Positions 1 to 12,926 of a DNA stretch of 64,000 nucleotides are shown here, piece by piece (the stretch's first letter is position 1; the number at the start of each line of letters is the position of its first letter). A model generated the notes under the pieces. It made no database searches and was not told the DNA's origin. It saw only the letters and a program-made list of their open reading frames with translations. This DNA is from Felis catus (taxonomy: Eukaryota), in contig NC_058368.1 of NCBI RefSeq assembly GCF_018350175.1, positions 120,344,001 through 120,408,000 of the forward strand, given 5' to 3'. The position numbers and the translations under genes are program-made.

Positions 1-1379
1 ACAAAACTCCTGGATTTCATTTCACATCCAAGCAGTGGTTTAGACCATTTCTGTTCACAAAATTAATTAAATAAATGTGGTTATATTCCCTTTTATTTTA
101 GTCTTTGGCGTGATAGAAGCACAAGAGGGGAAAGAAGGGGTAAAACTGCCACATAACTCTTAATTTTCTATTTTCTTTATTTTAAAAACACAATTTAAAC
201 TCACACACACATATATAACTTGGGAAAACTTTATGGAAAGTTCACCATGAAAACATAATCATGAAAGCTGAACTGGGTGGTAATATTGTTTTTATTATTT
301 ATTAACTTTGTAATAGGAGTTAGGGACAATTTTCATGAAAACTACAATTCAAACCAGAGCAGAAGCCAATTTTGTGATTTTAATGTTGAATACAATGGGA
401 GGACGAGGCCATGTGGAAACATGAGGGAATAGCCCCAGCTGCAAATTTGGATCATTTGTAATGCCCATCTATTTGACATAATTTTGTTTATTTTATTTAG
501 CATGTGTGTATGGTGTCATGCTGCAGAGAAATTAGTGGTTTTTCTAGCTACTTTTTAAGCCAAATAGGCCATATCCTGCTTCTAAATGAGTTGTTTACCC
601 CGGAACTCCCCCTGCCTACAGATCCCAAAACCACTGACCTCCTTAGACCTGTCAGATGATAATGTGCTTTGCTGAATACTATCATCTGGTGAAAAATAGA
701 AACCCTCGTTTGTTTAATGGTTTAGTTTATTATTTAAAACATAGATGAAAAATTTCCTAAATAAGAAGAAAATAGCCCTTTGGATAGAATGTTTTGTTTT
801 AACCTTCTCTGTCTCTTAGCATTTATTTCAATTCTGTAAAAATGTAAACATTACTATTTCCATCTAGAGATGAAGAAATGTTAGGCACAAGTAATTTAAT
901 AGCGACTAATTCTTAAAGCCAATCTATGAGGCATGCACTATCATGTCTCAGTATTTGTCCTTAGGAAGATTTTAATTTAAAATTCCTGTCTGAGAGGGTT
1001 TGAACCTACTTTGTATAGTTCCCTTCTAAAGTTCACTCATGTATCTGGCCTTGGTTATTGCTTTTGGTTGTAGTGAGTTTTGATGCCTACTTTTAATTTG
1101 TTCAGTTATTTAACAAATACCTTGAACATTAACTTTGCATCACCAGAAGTTTGAACATCAATGTTGCACAAGATACTGTGCTCAACAGAGAAAGGGAAAT
1201 TGAGAGGTCTTTGTATAAAGCAGAACATAGGCCCACATTAGCTGTTTTCTTTCTGGTGGTTTTATACCATGTATGTGTTCAAATAGACTCAGTTTAATCT
1301 AAGTTCTATTTAAATCCCTTAGAATCTTAAACTGGAATCATGGGCTGTACAGATCTAGAAGGCAGGTTACATGCTATAT

Positions 1380-1492
1380 GTCCATTCACTTAACACATAG
1401 CTATTAAGTAGCAACTATATGCCAGACAGAGTTCTAGACCCTGAGAATGCATGGCTAAGAAACATAAAATGCCTTGCTTTGTGGAGTTCACA
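1380..1492 (-). mobile_element. L2 LINE 3'-end fragment
   Basis: cattcacttaacacatagctattaag...tatgccagacagagttctagaccctgaga...gccttgctttgtggagttcaca resembles the reverse complement of the L2 3' terminus. Confidence 0.6.
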
Positions 1493-1750
1493 TCACATCT
1501 CCTACTAGCTTCTACTCCACACAGACCTACCAGGTAAATTCTGACCTGGAGTTTATACCTGGTTCACAAACCAGGAATCTGAATAAAGCTCAACTCTTTC
1601 CACTATAGTTGGTGAACTCAAATATACTTAAAAAGCAAAGTCTTCAGTTAGAAAGCTTAATAGCTCCAATAGTAATAATAAAAAATAATCAAGATCTCAA
1701 CTAGAACTAATTAATCAGTTATGCCTGAGTATTGACTTTTAAAACATGTA

Positions 1751-1949
1751 TTTTTTTTTAGTTTTTATTTTTGAGAGAGAGCGTGCACAAGCAAGTAGGG
1801 TAGGGGCTGAGAGAGAGGAAGACGTAGAATCCAAAAAGGGCTCTTGGCTGACAGCAGTGAGCCCTATGTGGGGATCAAACTCATTAATCATGAGATCATG
1901 ACCTGAGCCGAAGTCAGATGCTCAGCTGACTGTGCCAACCAGGCGCCCC
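1751..1949 (-). mobile_element. Can-SINE (older felid subfamily)
   Basis: Poly-T, (GA)n tract, then gagatcatgacctgagccgaagtc...caggcgcccc, the reverse complement of the tRNA-derived head. Confidence 0.95.
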
Positions 1950-2384
1950 TCCTCTTATGTTTTAAACATCAATTAGTATGATATTTTATTGGATCTATTT
2001 TCACTATCCATTTTTCGTCTTTACTCCAGAATTTCTCAAATATTTTATTTTAAAAAATGTAGCAGCTGAATTTGTGAATGTTAATATAGCTCTTAGTAAC
2101 ATTTTCATTATTTTCACTAAAGTCACAAACTGGGCTTTGTTGAAGCAGTGAAATGTGGAAGACTCTACCAACAGATGTTGCAACTGTGCCATATATGCAG
2201 AAGTCGACTAGGTGAGGTATAAATACAATGTCATTTCCTTCTCACAATGAATGATGTTAGGTGGATTCTATTTTTTAATTCTATTTTATAAATAAGGAAA
2301 AGAAAATGATTAGGTAATATTACCACAGTCTTAACTGCTTGTAATGGAAAGGCCAGACTTAATCTTGCATCTTTTAAAGTTAAT

Positions 2385-2890
2385 AATGATAAGTGTTACC
2401 TGAGCACTTATTATATGCTCAGCACAGATGTAAGACGCTTTTTAATAATGAACTTAGTTCATATTAAACTAGTTCATAATAATGAACATAGTTCTCACTA
2501 TGATAGCTTAAGAAAACTAACACTACTCTGCCAGTTTTATATTCTTAGAACCTGAAACTCAAAGAGATTAACCAATTTTCATAATCTAACAGATCTCATA
2601 AGAAGTAGTGGGAATTGGGGCGCCTGGGTGGCTCAGTCGGTTAAGTGTCTGACTTCGGCTCAGGTACCGATCTCGCGGTCCGTGAGTTCGAGCCCCGCGT
2701 CAGGCTCTGGGCTGATGGCTCGGAGCCTGGAGCCTGTTTCCGATTCTGTGGCTCCCTCTCTCTCTGCCCCTCCCCTGTTCATGCTCTGTCTCTCTCTGTC
2801 TCAAAAATAAATTAAAAACATTAAAAAAAAAAAAAAAGTAGTGGGAATTTAAGCTCAAGGAGTCAGATGCCAAAGTCTGTGCTTTCAAAC
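2385..2890 (-). mobile_element. MIR remnant split by a Can-SINE
   Basis: tgagcacttattatatgctcagcac...gaaactcaaagagattaa on the left; atttaagctcaaggagtcagatgccaaagtctgtgcttt on the right. Confidence 0.6.
2617..2835 (+). mobile_element. Young felid Can-SINE (SINEC_Fc-like)
   Basis: ggggcgcctgggtggctcagtcgg head, many intact CpGs, long A tail, perfect 14-bp TSD aagtagtgggaatt (2603-2616, 2836-2849). Confidence 0.98.
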
Positions 2891-3039
2891 ATGATACATA
2901 GATCCCCTTAACTAGTAAGAAGTACATCTGGGTCCAGAACTTAACAGCATGTGGTCCCAGACAGCCGTAAATAGTGGTATTACAAATTGAGAGTAGGATT
3001 TTGCTCTTGTGTTTTGTTTTGTTTAGAATGGAGTGGTAC

Positions 3040-3350
3040 TCACGAGACAGGAAAGGAGAAGAATCAATTTTGTGGGGGAAGATCATGAAGCCATGTTGGG
3101 ATGTGATGAATGGGAAGTAGCTGTGTGACACCTAGTGATAATGTTGGATAGGAAGCTGGATACATGGAATGCAACCCAGAGGAGGGGATTGTGCTGAAGT
3201 CATCTATTTGAGAAATCTCCTTTGGAATGAGGCCAAGGTCATTAGCGGTAGCACCTAGGAAAAGAGTAGAGAATAAGAAGGGTCAGGACCAAACTTTAAA
3301 GAGTCCACATTTAAAGCCCTAGGAGAAGAAGCTGAACCGGCAGTGTCCCT
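3040..3350 (-). mobile_element. L2 fragment
   Basis: Purine-rich tract (gataggaagctggatacatggaatgc...gaggaggggattgtgctgaag) typical of antisense L2. Confidence 0.55.
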
Positions 3351-3429
3351 GGGTCCTATAATGGAAATTAGGTCCCATGATCAACAAAACGGACGGGAGG
3401 GAGGGGGCGTTGGCCAAACATGCAAAGTT

Positions 3430-3575
3430 GGAATTATTCCCACTTTGAAGATAAGAAAATGAAGGCTCAGAGAGTTGAAGTTATTTTCTGAAAGTAAGAA
3501 CTACCAAGTGGTACAGGTAGAATTGTGATCCCCCATGTTTATGTCCAAAGCATATAGTATTTCTAATAAATCATG
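3430..3575 (-). mobile_element. MIR core
   Basis: attattcccactttgaagataagaaaatgaaggctcagagagttgaag resembles the MIR core. Confidence 0.75.
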
Positions 3576-4806
3576 CAGAAAGAGCTGATATTTATAAATT
3601 TGTATTCTAAGCTGCCAGAAGCTACACAAACATAGATGTGGTTACAAAAGATTAGTTATTTTAACTGTAGCCTATAAAGTTGATGTTATCTTTACCTCCT
3701 GACTATAACATTAAAATGGAAGTCTAATGTAACAATGGAATAAAATTAACTGCAGAACGTAGCTTAGCAGCAAACAGATCTTGTTTTCTAAATTCTGGGT
3801 TCATCTTTTACCATTAACCCACTGAGACACTTCCCTTCTTGTCAACTAATAGGCTTTTGATGAGACCATTTTCGATACATCTAGAGATGTAGTATAAATT
3901 TTAATTTGTTCCATTTATTTAATGAAAGTTATTGAGACTAATCCTCATTTTCTTTCAAGTTAAAAGAAAAGATTTTCATTTAATAAAAATTAATGACCTT
4001 CACACTGACAAAGATTTTTGAGTTCAGAGAATGAGATTTAAGAATTTGAGCAAAAGGGGTTCCCAGCACAAATGTAATAAATTGGAAGCCCAGTTTGGCA
4101 ATATGATGATAACTTTCTTGGCAAATTTAAATTGCTTTATCCGCAGAAGCAGTGAGGAGAAATTGTAGTATGCTCACAGAATACGGGACTCTTTGTAGCA
4201 AGTGACACTGCTTTGGTTTTGGTCTCCTGTCTCATTTATGCCTAAACATTATATTTTACTTAATTTGAAAATTTCCCCTCAATATGAATGGGTAAAAGAG
4301 GAGGGGAAAATGGAATTTAAATACCATAAAATCCACCCTTAATATCGTGTCATTTTGTGCACAGTCAAGCTTTGGATATTAATGGGAAAATTAAATTAAG
4401 GTTTTAACATAAAACCAGAAGATGAAGCAAACAGCAAAATATATTTTCCCATGCCTATTGAGTATACTCCTCATGTAAAGCCTCCCTAGCATCCTTAAAG
4501 CTCTATATATAACTTATTAGAAAAGCAAATGTAAAATCCCCTCCATGCTAAATTGCAGAAATTACTTTTCCTTAAAGTCAACTGACAGAGTGAGATTTTT
4601 TAAAAAGAGCTGAGATTCCAGGACAAATCCATGTAAGCCTCTCTTTTAATCTAAAGTCAAATTTCATTTAACAGATACTGTAAAAATTAAAAGGCAAACA
4701 GATGAGAACAGCCAGTGTTTTTTTTCTAAAACAATAGGTCATCTGGTTTGGCAGATTGCAACTCAACCAACAGTCTTTGTTCAAGTCCAGTATAGCTATT
4801 GTATTT

Positions 4807-5024
4807 GTAAATTTTTTTTTAACGTTTATTCATTTTTGAGAGCTGTAGAGAGACAGAGCATGAGTGGGGAGGGGCAGAGAGAGAGGGAGACACAGAATCT
4901 GAAGCAGGCTCCAGGCTCTGAGCTGTCAGCACAGAGCCCAACGTGGGGCTCGAACTCACAAACTGTGAGATCATGACCTGAGCTGAAGTCGGACGACCAA
5001 CCGACTGAGCCACCCAGGTGCCCC
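4807..5024 (-). mobile_element. Felid Can-SINE
   Basis: Full-length reverse copy; perfect 14-bp TSD tagctattgtattt (4793-4806, 5025-5038). Confidence 0.98.
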
Positions 5025-5174
5025 TAGCTATTGTATTTATAAAAAAATAAAAAATAAAAAAAAAATACTCTTCCTGGAAATGGCAGACCAGGGAAAATAC
5101 CCACATCATGAAGTCATAGACCATATTCCCCAAGAACTTTATCCACTTGGCCATTAGGTGATTTGAAAATAAGT

Positions 5175-5399
5175 GGGGCGCCTGGGTGGCGCAATCGGTT
5201 AAGCGTCCGACTTCAGCCAGGTCATGATCTCGCAGTCCGTGGGTTCGAGCCCCACGTCAGGCTCTGGGCTGATGGCTCAGAGCCTGGAGCCTGTTTCCGA
5301 TTCTGTGTCTCCCTCTCTCTCTGCCCCTCCCCCGTTCATGCTCTGTCTCTCTCTGTCCCAAAAATAAATAAAAACGTTAAAAAAAATTTAAAAAAAAAA
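5175..5399 (+). mobile_element. Young felid Can-SINE (SINEC_Fc-like)
   Basis: ggggcgcctgggtggcgcaatcggttaagcgtccgacttcagccaggtc head; gggctgatggctc...cctgtttccgattc diagnostic segment; TSD gaaaataag (5165-5173, 5400-5408). Confidence 0.98.
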
Positions 5400-5689
5400 G
5401 AAAATAAGAATAAAAAAATGTATCACTGGAATGCAGAAAGAATGGTTAGAAATGGTCTGTTGAAGAAACATTATGCCTGTTAAATCACGAGATACTGCTT
5501 TAAGGGAATTGTCTGTGCAAATCACCTGGGATGAATGGGTGATTTATTGCTCCAGAGGGAAGAAAGAGGGAAAATACAGTAATAGTATTTGAGCATCATT
5601 CTCAGGATGGTGTTGTTTGACCAGGACAGTGGAGGGGGTATTGGCCAGTCTGACTGGATTGATTCACAAGCAAAAGGAAAGGAAGGGAG

Positions 5690-6180
5690 GGACTGAAGCC
5701 AACAAATTTTATACAGAGAATTTGTTTTTAAAAGAACATCTGAGATAATGCCTCCTCGGGGGCTGTGCTGAGAGTAATCAAATGCCAAAGCTGCCAACAT
5801 TTAGGGAGCTCTGCAATGGGGATGACAAGCCGATGACAGTATCTAGGCTTGTTTTGATCTTTCAGGACTCATCAGGCTTTGCAGCTGTTCTTTCTCAAAA
5901 GCACTCGGACCGGAAGAGAATAATTAATTTACCCTGCGCACACAAGTCAGGTTCAGAAAGCAATAGTGAAGAGGCCAAGGGCAGAGCTCCTGGGTGGGTC
6001 GATCCTCCCATTCTGCCCCAGTGGCCCCTCTGAAAGCTTTGCGAGTCACGTGGCCAGAATGCGCGTAGGAAAAATGCAAGTGGTGTTGCTGTGTGTGCTC
6101 AGAGTGGCTGTGGAAAGAATGCACTTAATTTCTCTTAAAGCTGCAGTTCATATTCACACGATTGTTAACCCAGCCTTTTC
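5690..6180. promoter_or_regulatory. Candidate enhancer-like unique island
   Basis: Repeat-free, retains CpGs; ETS-like accggaag 5909-5916, taattaatt 5921-5929, E-box cacgtg 6047-6052. Function is inferred only. Confidence 0.3.
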
Positions 6181-6240
6181 CTAGAGGACTGAATAAGAAA
6201 TGTGTAATTATTTCAGTGAAAAACAAAAAAAGCATGTATT

Positions 6241-6488
6241 GGGCACCTGGATGTCTCAGTGGGTTGAGCACCTGGCTCTTCACTTCGGCTCAGATCACGA
6301 TCTCGCAGTTCATGAGTTCAACCCCTGCGTCAGGCTCTGCAATGACAGTGTAAAGCCTGTTTGGGATTCTCTCTCTCCCTCTCTCTGCCCCTCCCCTGCT
6401 CACATGCTCGTGCTCCCTCTGTCTCCCTCTCTCTCTCAAAGGTAAATAAATAAATAAATACATACATGCATACATATACATTTAAAAA
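6241..6488 (+). mobile_element. Can-SINE (older)
   Basis: gggcacctggatgtctcagtggg head, (CT)n, taaa/cata tail. Confidence 0.93.
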
Positions 6489-6492
6489 CACA

Positions 6493-6900
6493 CAAACCAT
6501 TTACTCAATGTCTACTTAGCACCAAGCACTGTGCTACGCTTCAGAGACATAGCAGTAAACAAATAAATCAAGTCTTTGCCCTTGATAAGATTAGTGTGCT
6601 ATGGAAGGTGTCAAACAATCACATTATTATACATGTAAATACAAAATATGATAGGGACTCTGAACAAAAAGTATAGGGTGCAATGATTGATTAGAGCAGG
6701 GACACCTGATTTAGCTGAGGAAGGGTCATTTTAGCAGAGACCAAAGCAAGAGGAAGATTTAACAAAGTATAGAATATAGGGAATAGTCCAGGAAATACAA
6801 GAAACCTAATGCACTCTGGAACCAAGAGGAAGCAACAGACTACATAAGAGTGAGAAGTGAAAAGGAAAGGCGAGAAGGCATTAGGTCGGTTCATGGAAAT
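6493..6900 (-). mobile_element. L2 3' region
   Basis: catttactcaatgtctacttagcaccaagcactgtgcta...gagacatagcagtaaacaa...gtctttgccct. Confidence 0.7.
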
Positions 6901-8597
6901 TAATGATAAAGCAGAGAGCAAGCAAGCTGCCGTGGGAGGAATTGATAGGAAAAAGTCTCCTCAAATCTTCCTTTCCTGTGACATATGAACAGAGAGGCAC
7001 ATGCTCACTAGAAGAGTTAGCATGGCAGGGAAGCATAGACTGCATCTGCTTAATGCCAAAGGAGTTAAGGTTAAAAAAAAAAATAGTTGAGCTGATTCTC
7101 ATACAGATTTACCTTGTGTGGCAGTTCCATTTCTTTATGCCCTGAGTTGACCTTAAGGTGTCCCAGTTAAAAATCAGTACACATGTTTATAATATATATA
7201 TATGTGTGTTCATCTTGGACCTCTCTATCCTGAATCACTTGAATGCATCTCACAGTTGACTGGTTTATAGCCTTGGCACAAATGACACTTCTGATTCACA
7301 AATCAAATAGAACATATGCTTCGTTGTGATAACTTAATTTATATATTATCACTAGAGCATAGTTTAGAACATCAGGACAGGTAGGAACCAAGGTGTTTGG
7401 AGTTTACCAGTTCTTTATGGGAGATGCTTTTGTTATTCTCTCTGTCTAGGGTCAAATCCTGCCAGGTCAAAGTTAAGCTCTAAGAGAGACTTCCCAAACC
7501 TTCTTGTACCATCTGGCAAATTGAGCTTTTGAAACTCACCTTTCACATGATATTAACTACATCTTTTATCTGGGATCTTGGTAATATTTCTTAGTGTCAC
7601 AGGTTCATTTCTGACATGTTTTTGTGCATTACACAAGTCCAGTTACATTGTAGCAGACCACAGACAGGTCTGGGAACAGCTGAATGGGGTAGACCAGGAG
7701 GCAGCCTGCCACAGTCATTTCTTGTGGGAAAAGACAGAAAAATGTCCTCAGCCAGCTTTTGAAAAAGTATTCATTGGCTCGCCTAATAGAAGAACCTGCA
7801 AACTGGTTTAAGGTATTGTGTGATTCTGAACTCAAACTTTCCCAAATAACTCAACTATAGTTCCTCGAATATGGTTTTCTCCTCATGGTAAGAAAAGGAC
7901 TACAGCCGTTTAAACCTCCTATCATCCTTCTACACAGCCCTGAAGAAAAAATGCAAGATTCCCTTTTAGGAAGAAGAAATTTTGCTTTCCCAGGATTTTC
8001 AATGTTTCTTTTAAAATTTTATTATTTTCAGCCTTACTGAGATAAATTTGACGTACAAACTTGTACAAATTTTGTGCAAATTTGACATACAAAATTTAAG
8101 GTGTGCACCATCATGATTTGATTTTATATATATATAGTGGAATAATTACAGTAAGGTTAGTTAACACATCCATCATCTCACATAATTGCTGTGTGCGTGT
8201 GTGTTTGTGTGTGTTGAGAACTTTTAAGATCTACTCTCTTGGAAACTTTGAAATACACAATACAGTACTGTTAAGTATAGTCACCATGTTGCACTTTAAA
8301 CCCCCACAACTGATTCATCTTATGACTGAATGTTGTGTTCTTTAACCACATTCACCCATTTCACCTACTCCTACTTCCTCCCTTCCGCACCTCTGGCAAA
8401 CAGCAGTTTACTCTCTGTCTGTCGAAGTTCTGTTTTTTGTTTTTTTGTTTTTTTGTTTTTAATATTCCACACTTAAGTGAGATCATACAGTATTTGTCTT
8501 TGACTTACTTCACTCAACATAGTGCCCTCCGGGTTTATCCATGTTGACACAAATAGCAGGAATTCCTTCTTTTTTATGGCTGAATAATAACTATCCC

Positions 8598-8620
8598 ATG
8601 TATATGTGTATGTATGTGTG

Positions 8621-8665
<45 letters not shown>
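8598..8665. repeat. (TG)n microsatellite inside L1
   Basis: Mixed TA/TG followed by a pure TG run. Confidence 0.95.
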
Positions 8666-8667
<2 letters not shown>

Positions 8668-9345
8668 ACATATATGCCCACATCTTTCTTATCTGTTTAT
8701 CTATCTAGAGACACTTTGGTTGTTTCTATGTCTTGCAATTATAAATTATGTTGCTGTGAGCATGAAGGTGCAGATATCTCTTTGAGATAGTGATTTCAAT
8801 TCCTTTGAAGAAATATTTAGAAGTGGGATTTCTACATTATATGGTAGTTCTTATTTATTTACTTATTTTTGTAGTTCTCCTTTTAGTTTTTTGAGGAGCT
8901 TCTTTACTATTTTCCATAATGGCTGTAACAATATACATTCCCATCAACAGCACACAAGGGAAACCTTTCTTCCACCTCCTTGACAATACTTGTTATCTCT
9001 TATCTTTTTGAGAATAGTCATTCTCACAGGTGTGAGATGGTATCTCATTGTATTTTGATTTGCATTTCCCTGATAATTGGTGATGTAGAGCACCTTTCAT
9101 GTGCCTGTTAACCATTCCTATATCTTCTTTGGAAAAGTGTCTATTCAGAGCCTTTGACCACTTTTTAATCAGGCAATTTGTTTTATTGCTCTTGAGTTAT
9201 ACGAGTTTCTTCTGTATTTTGGATATTAACCCCTTATGAGATCTATGACTTGCAATATTTTCACCTAGTCTATAGGTTGGTTGCATTTTAATTCTGTTGA
9301 TTGTTTCTTCTTCTGTGTAGAAGCGTTTTAGTTTGATGTATTCCC

Positions 9346-9347
<2 letters not shown>

Positions 9348-9380
<33 letters not shown>
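9348..9380. repeat. Poly(T)33 inside L1
   Basis: Uninterrupted T run. Confidence 0.95.
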
Positions 9381-9383
<3 letters not shown>

Positions 9384-10699
9384 CATGGTGCTTGTACTTT
9401 TGGTGTCTTATCCAAAAAATCATTGCTAAGACCAATATGAAGAGATTCCCCTTTGTTTCCTTTTAGGAGTTACTAAGCATTTCTCTGGTTATAATTTGTT
9501 TTGAGCATGTTCCACACTCATCCATTAAATAATTCCTGTGATTAGGGCATTGCCATAGGATAATTGCGTTAAGGATGTTATGAGTCCCATTCCAGCCCCA
9601 TAGCTGAGAACAGAAAAACAGTAGGCTACCAAAAAATCACAACCAAAAGCAAACAAAAAACTAGTGCTGTCATCAGGGAAGGAGAGAGAAACGCTAGAGA
9701 AGCAACCAAAAAATGTCTGCTCTGCTTCTCAAAATTGCTGTTTTATGAATTTGTTGAAAACAAATGTAACCATTTTAACTCCATAAAGAGGGGAGTTGAT
9801 TTTTTTGTTTGTTTGTTTTTATTTCTGAGGCGATAAAGTGTAGCAGACATGTTGTACAGAGTAAAAGTCATTCTGCTGCTTCCTACTTTGGAATTTGGGC
9901 TACCTCAAATGTTCCTTCTTCTCTTTCTCTGCTACATGGTCTTCTGTGTTAAGGATATGTAACCCCTAGAATTCAACCAAGAAAGGAAATCAGAAATTAG
10001 ATTGCATTAGCAGGGTGACATATGGATCTACTTCCTGATCCTGGTCATAAGTCTGTTTATATGACTCAGGCTAGCTAGAGACACCCATTCAATATGGCCT
10101 TCAGTCTTTTTATCCATTGAATGGTCTGGTAGGAAATGAAGACATAGATTGGCTGCACTGAGAAGGGGAATGCTTCCTGGTCCTGGAAGGCCTAAGAGTA
10201 CATACAGAGATTCAGAGAAGCAGAGATGACACTAAGAATCAGTACTTTCTAAGGCAGTAATTTATTTCTTATCTCCTTTAATGTACATCTTCACTTAGGG
10301 ATATTCTTGAGGACTGTGAACCAAGACTTTTCTCTGGTTATAAAATTTAGTAAACAAACAAAGGGGAAGATAAATATCTAGAGTTTCTATAATTTGTCTC
10401 AATGTTATCTTCTGGTGATTGCTGATACAATACCAACTTGTGTTCTTCAAAGATGTCCTACAATATTGTGAAATCTCTGTGTTTGTGTGAACATTTTTCC
10501 CTCCATAGCTACCATTTTTTAACTACCTAATTTCAACTCGTTTTGTCAAGGATAAAATCAATTTCTCTTTCCTTCTAGAATCCTATTAGTAATAGTGAAT
10601 CTCTTATAGAAACTAGAGACTAGATTTAAACTAGGTTTAAAGTTCTAAAGTTTAGATTGACCACAGTTCTGTTCTTTGTTAGTAGCTTACAAGATCATA

Positions 10700-10860
10700 T
10701 CCCTAAGCAAATTATTTAATTTGCTTTTTTTTTGAGTGTTAGCTTTTTCATCCATAAATGGAAATTATAATCTCATACCAAAGGGCTTTTGTGAGAGTTT
10801 AAAGAGATTTATGTAGAGTGTAGTCCATAGTATATGCTTAAAATACGTTAGCTGTTGTTA
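10700..10860 (+). mobile_element. MIR
   Basis: gcaaattatttaa...agctttttcatccataaatggaaattataat...gggcttttgtgagagtttaaa. Confidence 0.7.
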
Positions 10861-10923
10861 ACCTTGTATCTTCAACTACATCAAGCACAGAACCAGAACA
10901 ATAAATCTGTGCTACATTGTATA

Positions 10924-11139
10924 AAGTTTTTTTAAATTTATTTTTGAAACAGAGAGAGACAGTGAAACAGAATGCGAGGACAAGAGGGGAAAAGAGAGAG
11001 GGAGACACAGAATCCGAAGCAGGCTCTAGGCTCTGAGCTGTCAGTACAAAGTCTGTTGCAGGGCTTGAACTCATGGTCCACAAGATCATGACCTGAGCCA
11101 AAGTCAGATGCTTAACCAACTGAGTCACCCAGGTGCCCC
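10924..11139 (-). mobile_element. Felid Can-SINE
   Basis: Full-length reverse copy; 16-bp TSD with 2 mismatches (tgtgctacattgtata / tgtgctagattatata). Confidence 0.96.
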
Positions 11140-12926
11140 TGTGCTAGATTATATAGAATCAAGTAAGAGATCTGCAGCGATATTCATATTTGAAATAGAA
11201 TGGAAGTAAAGCATGAAGAAGCAAGTAAACCACTGCACTAAGGCAACATGTTTTAAAGATGTGTCCTTGGAGAAACCTCCATATATTCAACTAGTCATGA
11301 TGAAGTGTGGTCCTGCCTTTGTGCTACTCTCTTGACTGGCTCTCTCTCCTCATCTACATTTGTTTCTGAGAATTCTTATGCAATCTCTAGGTGTTTTCTT
11401 TTCTGGTGTAAATTTACTCAATATCTTTGAATAAAACACATTCTTTTTTGTTTGTTTCCTTTCTAATTTACAGAATAATCTATAGGACTTTGTGTTCAAC
11501 CATGGTATCTGTTTAAATTTTTTTTTTATTTTTTCTTTCTGTCATGGCTTATTAGAATAATAAAATAGTGGTAAGTGTGGATTGCACATCCTTTATTCCC
11601 TAATTGCTAGAGAGAAAACAGCCAATGACAAACAGGAAATTTCCTTAGAATCACCCTGCTGCTTCTCAGAATCCACACTGTCTTTATGCCCTTGTGGGGT
11701 ATGTTCTTGGGGGATGAGGATCTTAATCAGCCATTGTCAATCGCTCTATCCTGTTTAGTCAGTCATCAACTTTACAAAATAAGAAATTCAAAAGTCAAAT
11801 TAGGTGGGGGGGAAAGAGGGAGAGAGAGAGAGGGAGAAATCCAACAAACTTTTATTTCTACATTTCTTCTACTCTCAAAGCTTATTTTATTTGGACTTCA
11901 GGTGCACAGATCTTCATTTTTAATTGCTTTGTTGAAGACAGTCAATTTTTTTCATGGTCCAGCTGATAAATCTTCACAGTATGTTGGGTTTTGTAAAGTT
12001 TTAAATGGCTAATTTATTTTACATTTATTGTTTTTTGGGTTTTTTTTGGCCAGGGTTGAAGGCACATATCTGACTTTGCATTTGGCATGAACTTTTAGCA
12101 CCATTTCGACTGCAGCATTTATTCTCCTCACTGATGTTGACTGCATCAGAAAGCTCATGAATCTTAAAAGCTAGCACCTGGCGGTTGATTTTATCTCCAT
12201 GTTACATGCTATGTGCAAAGGTGCACCTCCCCAGCCTCTGTGAGAACTCAAGAGCTTTCTCCAGATGCTGAAATATTGGTGGCTCATAACACTTAGGAGA
12301 GTTCCTCTCTGGGTGATGTTCTCAGCCAAAGAATTTCTTTAGAGCCCAAGGTCAAGTCCTCTTTCTACAGTCTGGACGCACCCTACCCTGATCAGTATAG
12401 GCATATGAAAGCCAGGTCCTTTACTTCAATGGGAATGACTTAGAAGGGCCATCTCATTTCTGTAGGATTGATTGAGGCTTTTCTTGGGACTAAATCCTAG
12501 GTAAAATCCCTTCTTCCCAACCCTATTTTTTTTCTCAAATGTGTGTTCTTGAGAGCATTCTTCAAAGAATTTCTCTTTAAATATAGGTTTTATTATTATT
12601 TAGGTGTGAAAGAGGTGGTCGTCACTGAAAAAATAGTTTGTTAGTCAGTTGTCAAGAAGAAGGGGCACACTACACCATGGTAGCAACATAGGGAAGCAGT
12701 AGGGTCAGTCCAGAGGCAATGGGAGGGTGAGATACTGCGAGCAGTAATCATTACTAGGATTTTCAAGGGAAGGAACAAATGAAGCAAATTTTGTGAAAAT
12801 GTCTGTAGAATCTGGGGCATGGAGGTTGCCCTTAGTAGCCTGGTACCTGGCACTGGAGTGGTGAGAACAGGTGATTGGGGATGTGGGTTCTGGATTGTTG
12901 GGTTTGCATTTACAAAGCACACTTAA

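Larger units (their letters stand above)
8015..9470 (-). mobile_element. LINE-1, 5'-truncated (L1MA-late / early carnivore type), decayed ORF2 C-terminus plus 3'UTR
   Basis: aagatctactctctt, gtgagatcatacagtatttgtctt and gtgtgagatggtatctcattg...ttgcatttccctgat are antisense L1 3' motifs. Confidence 0.92.

Noticed and set aside
2617..2700. tRNA-like A/B boxes
   Set aside because: They are tRNA-derived SINE heads followed by the SINE body and A tail, not tRNA genes.
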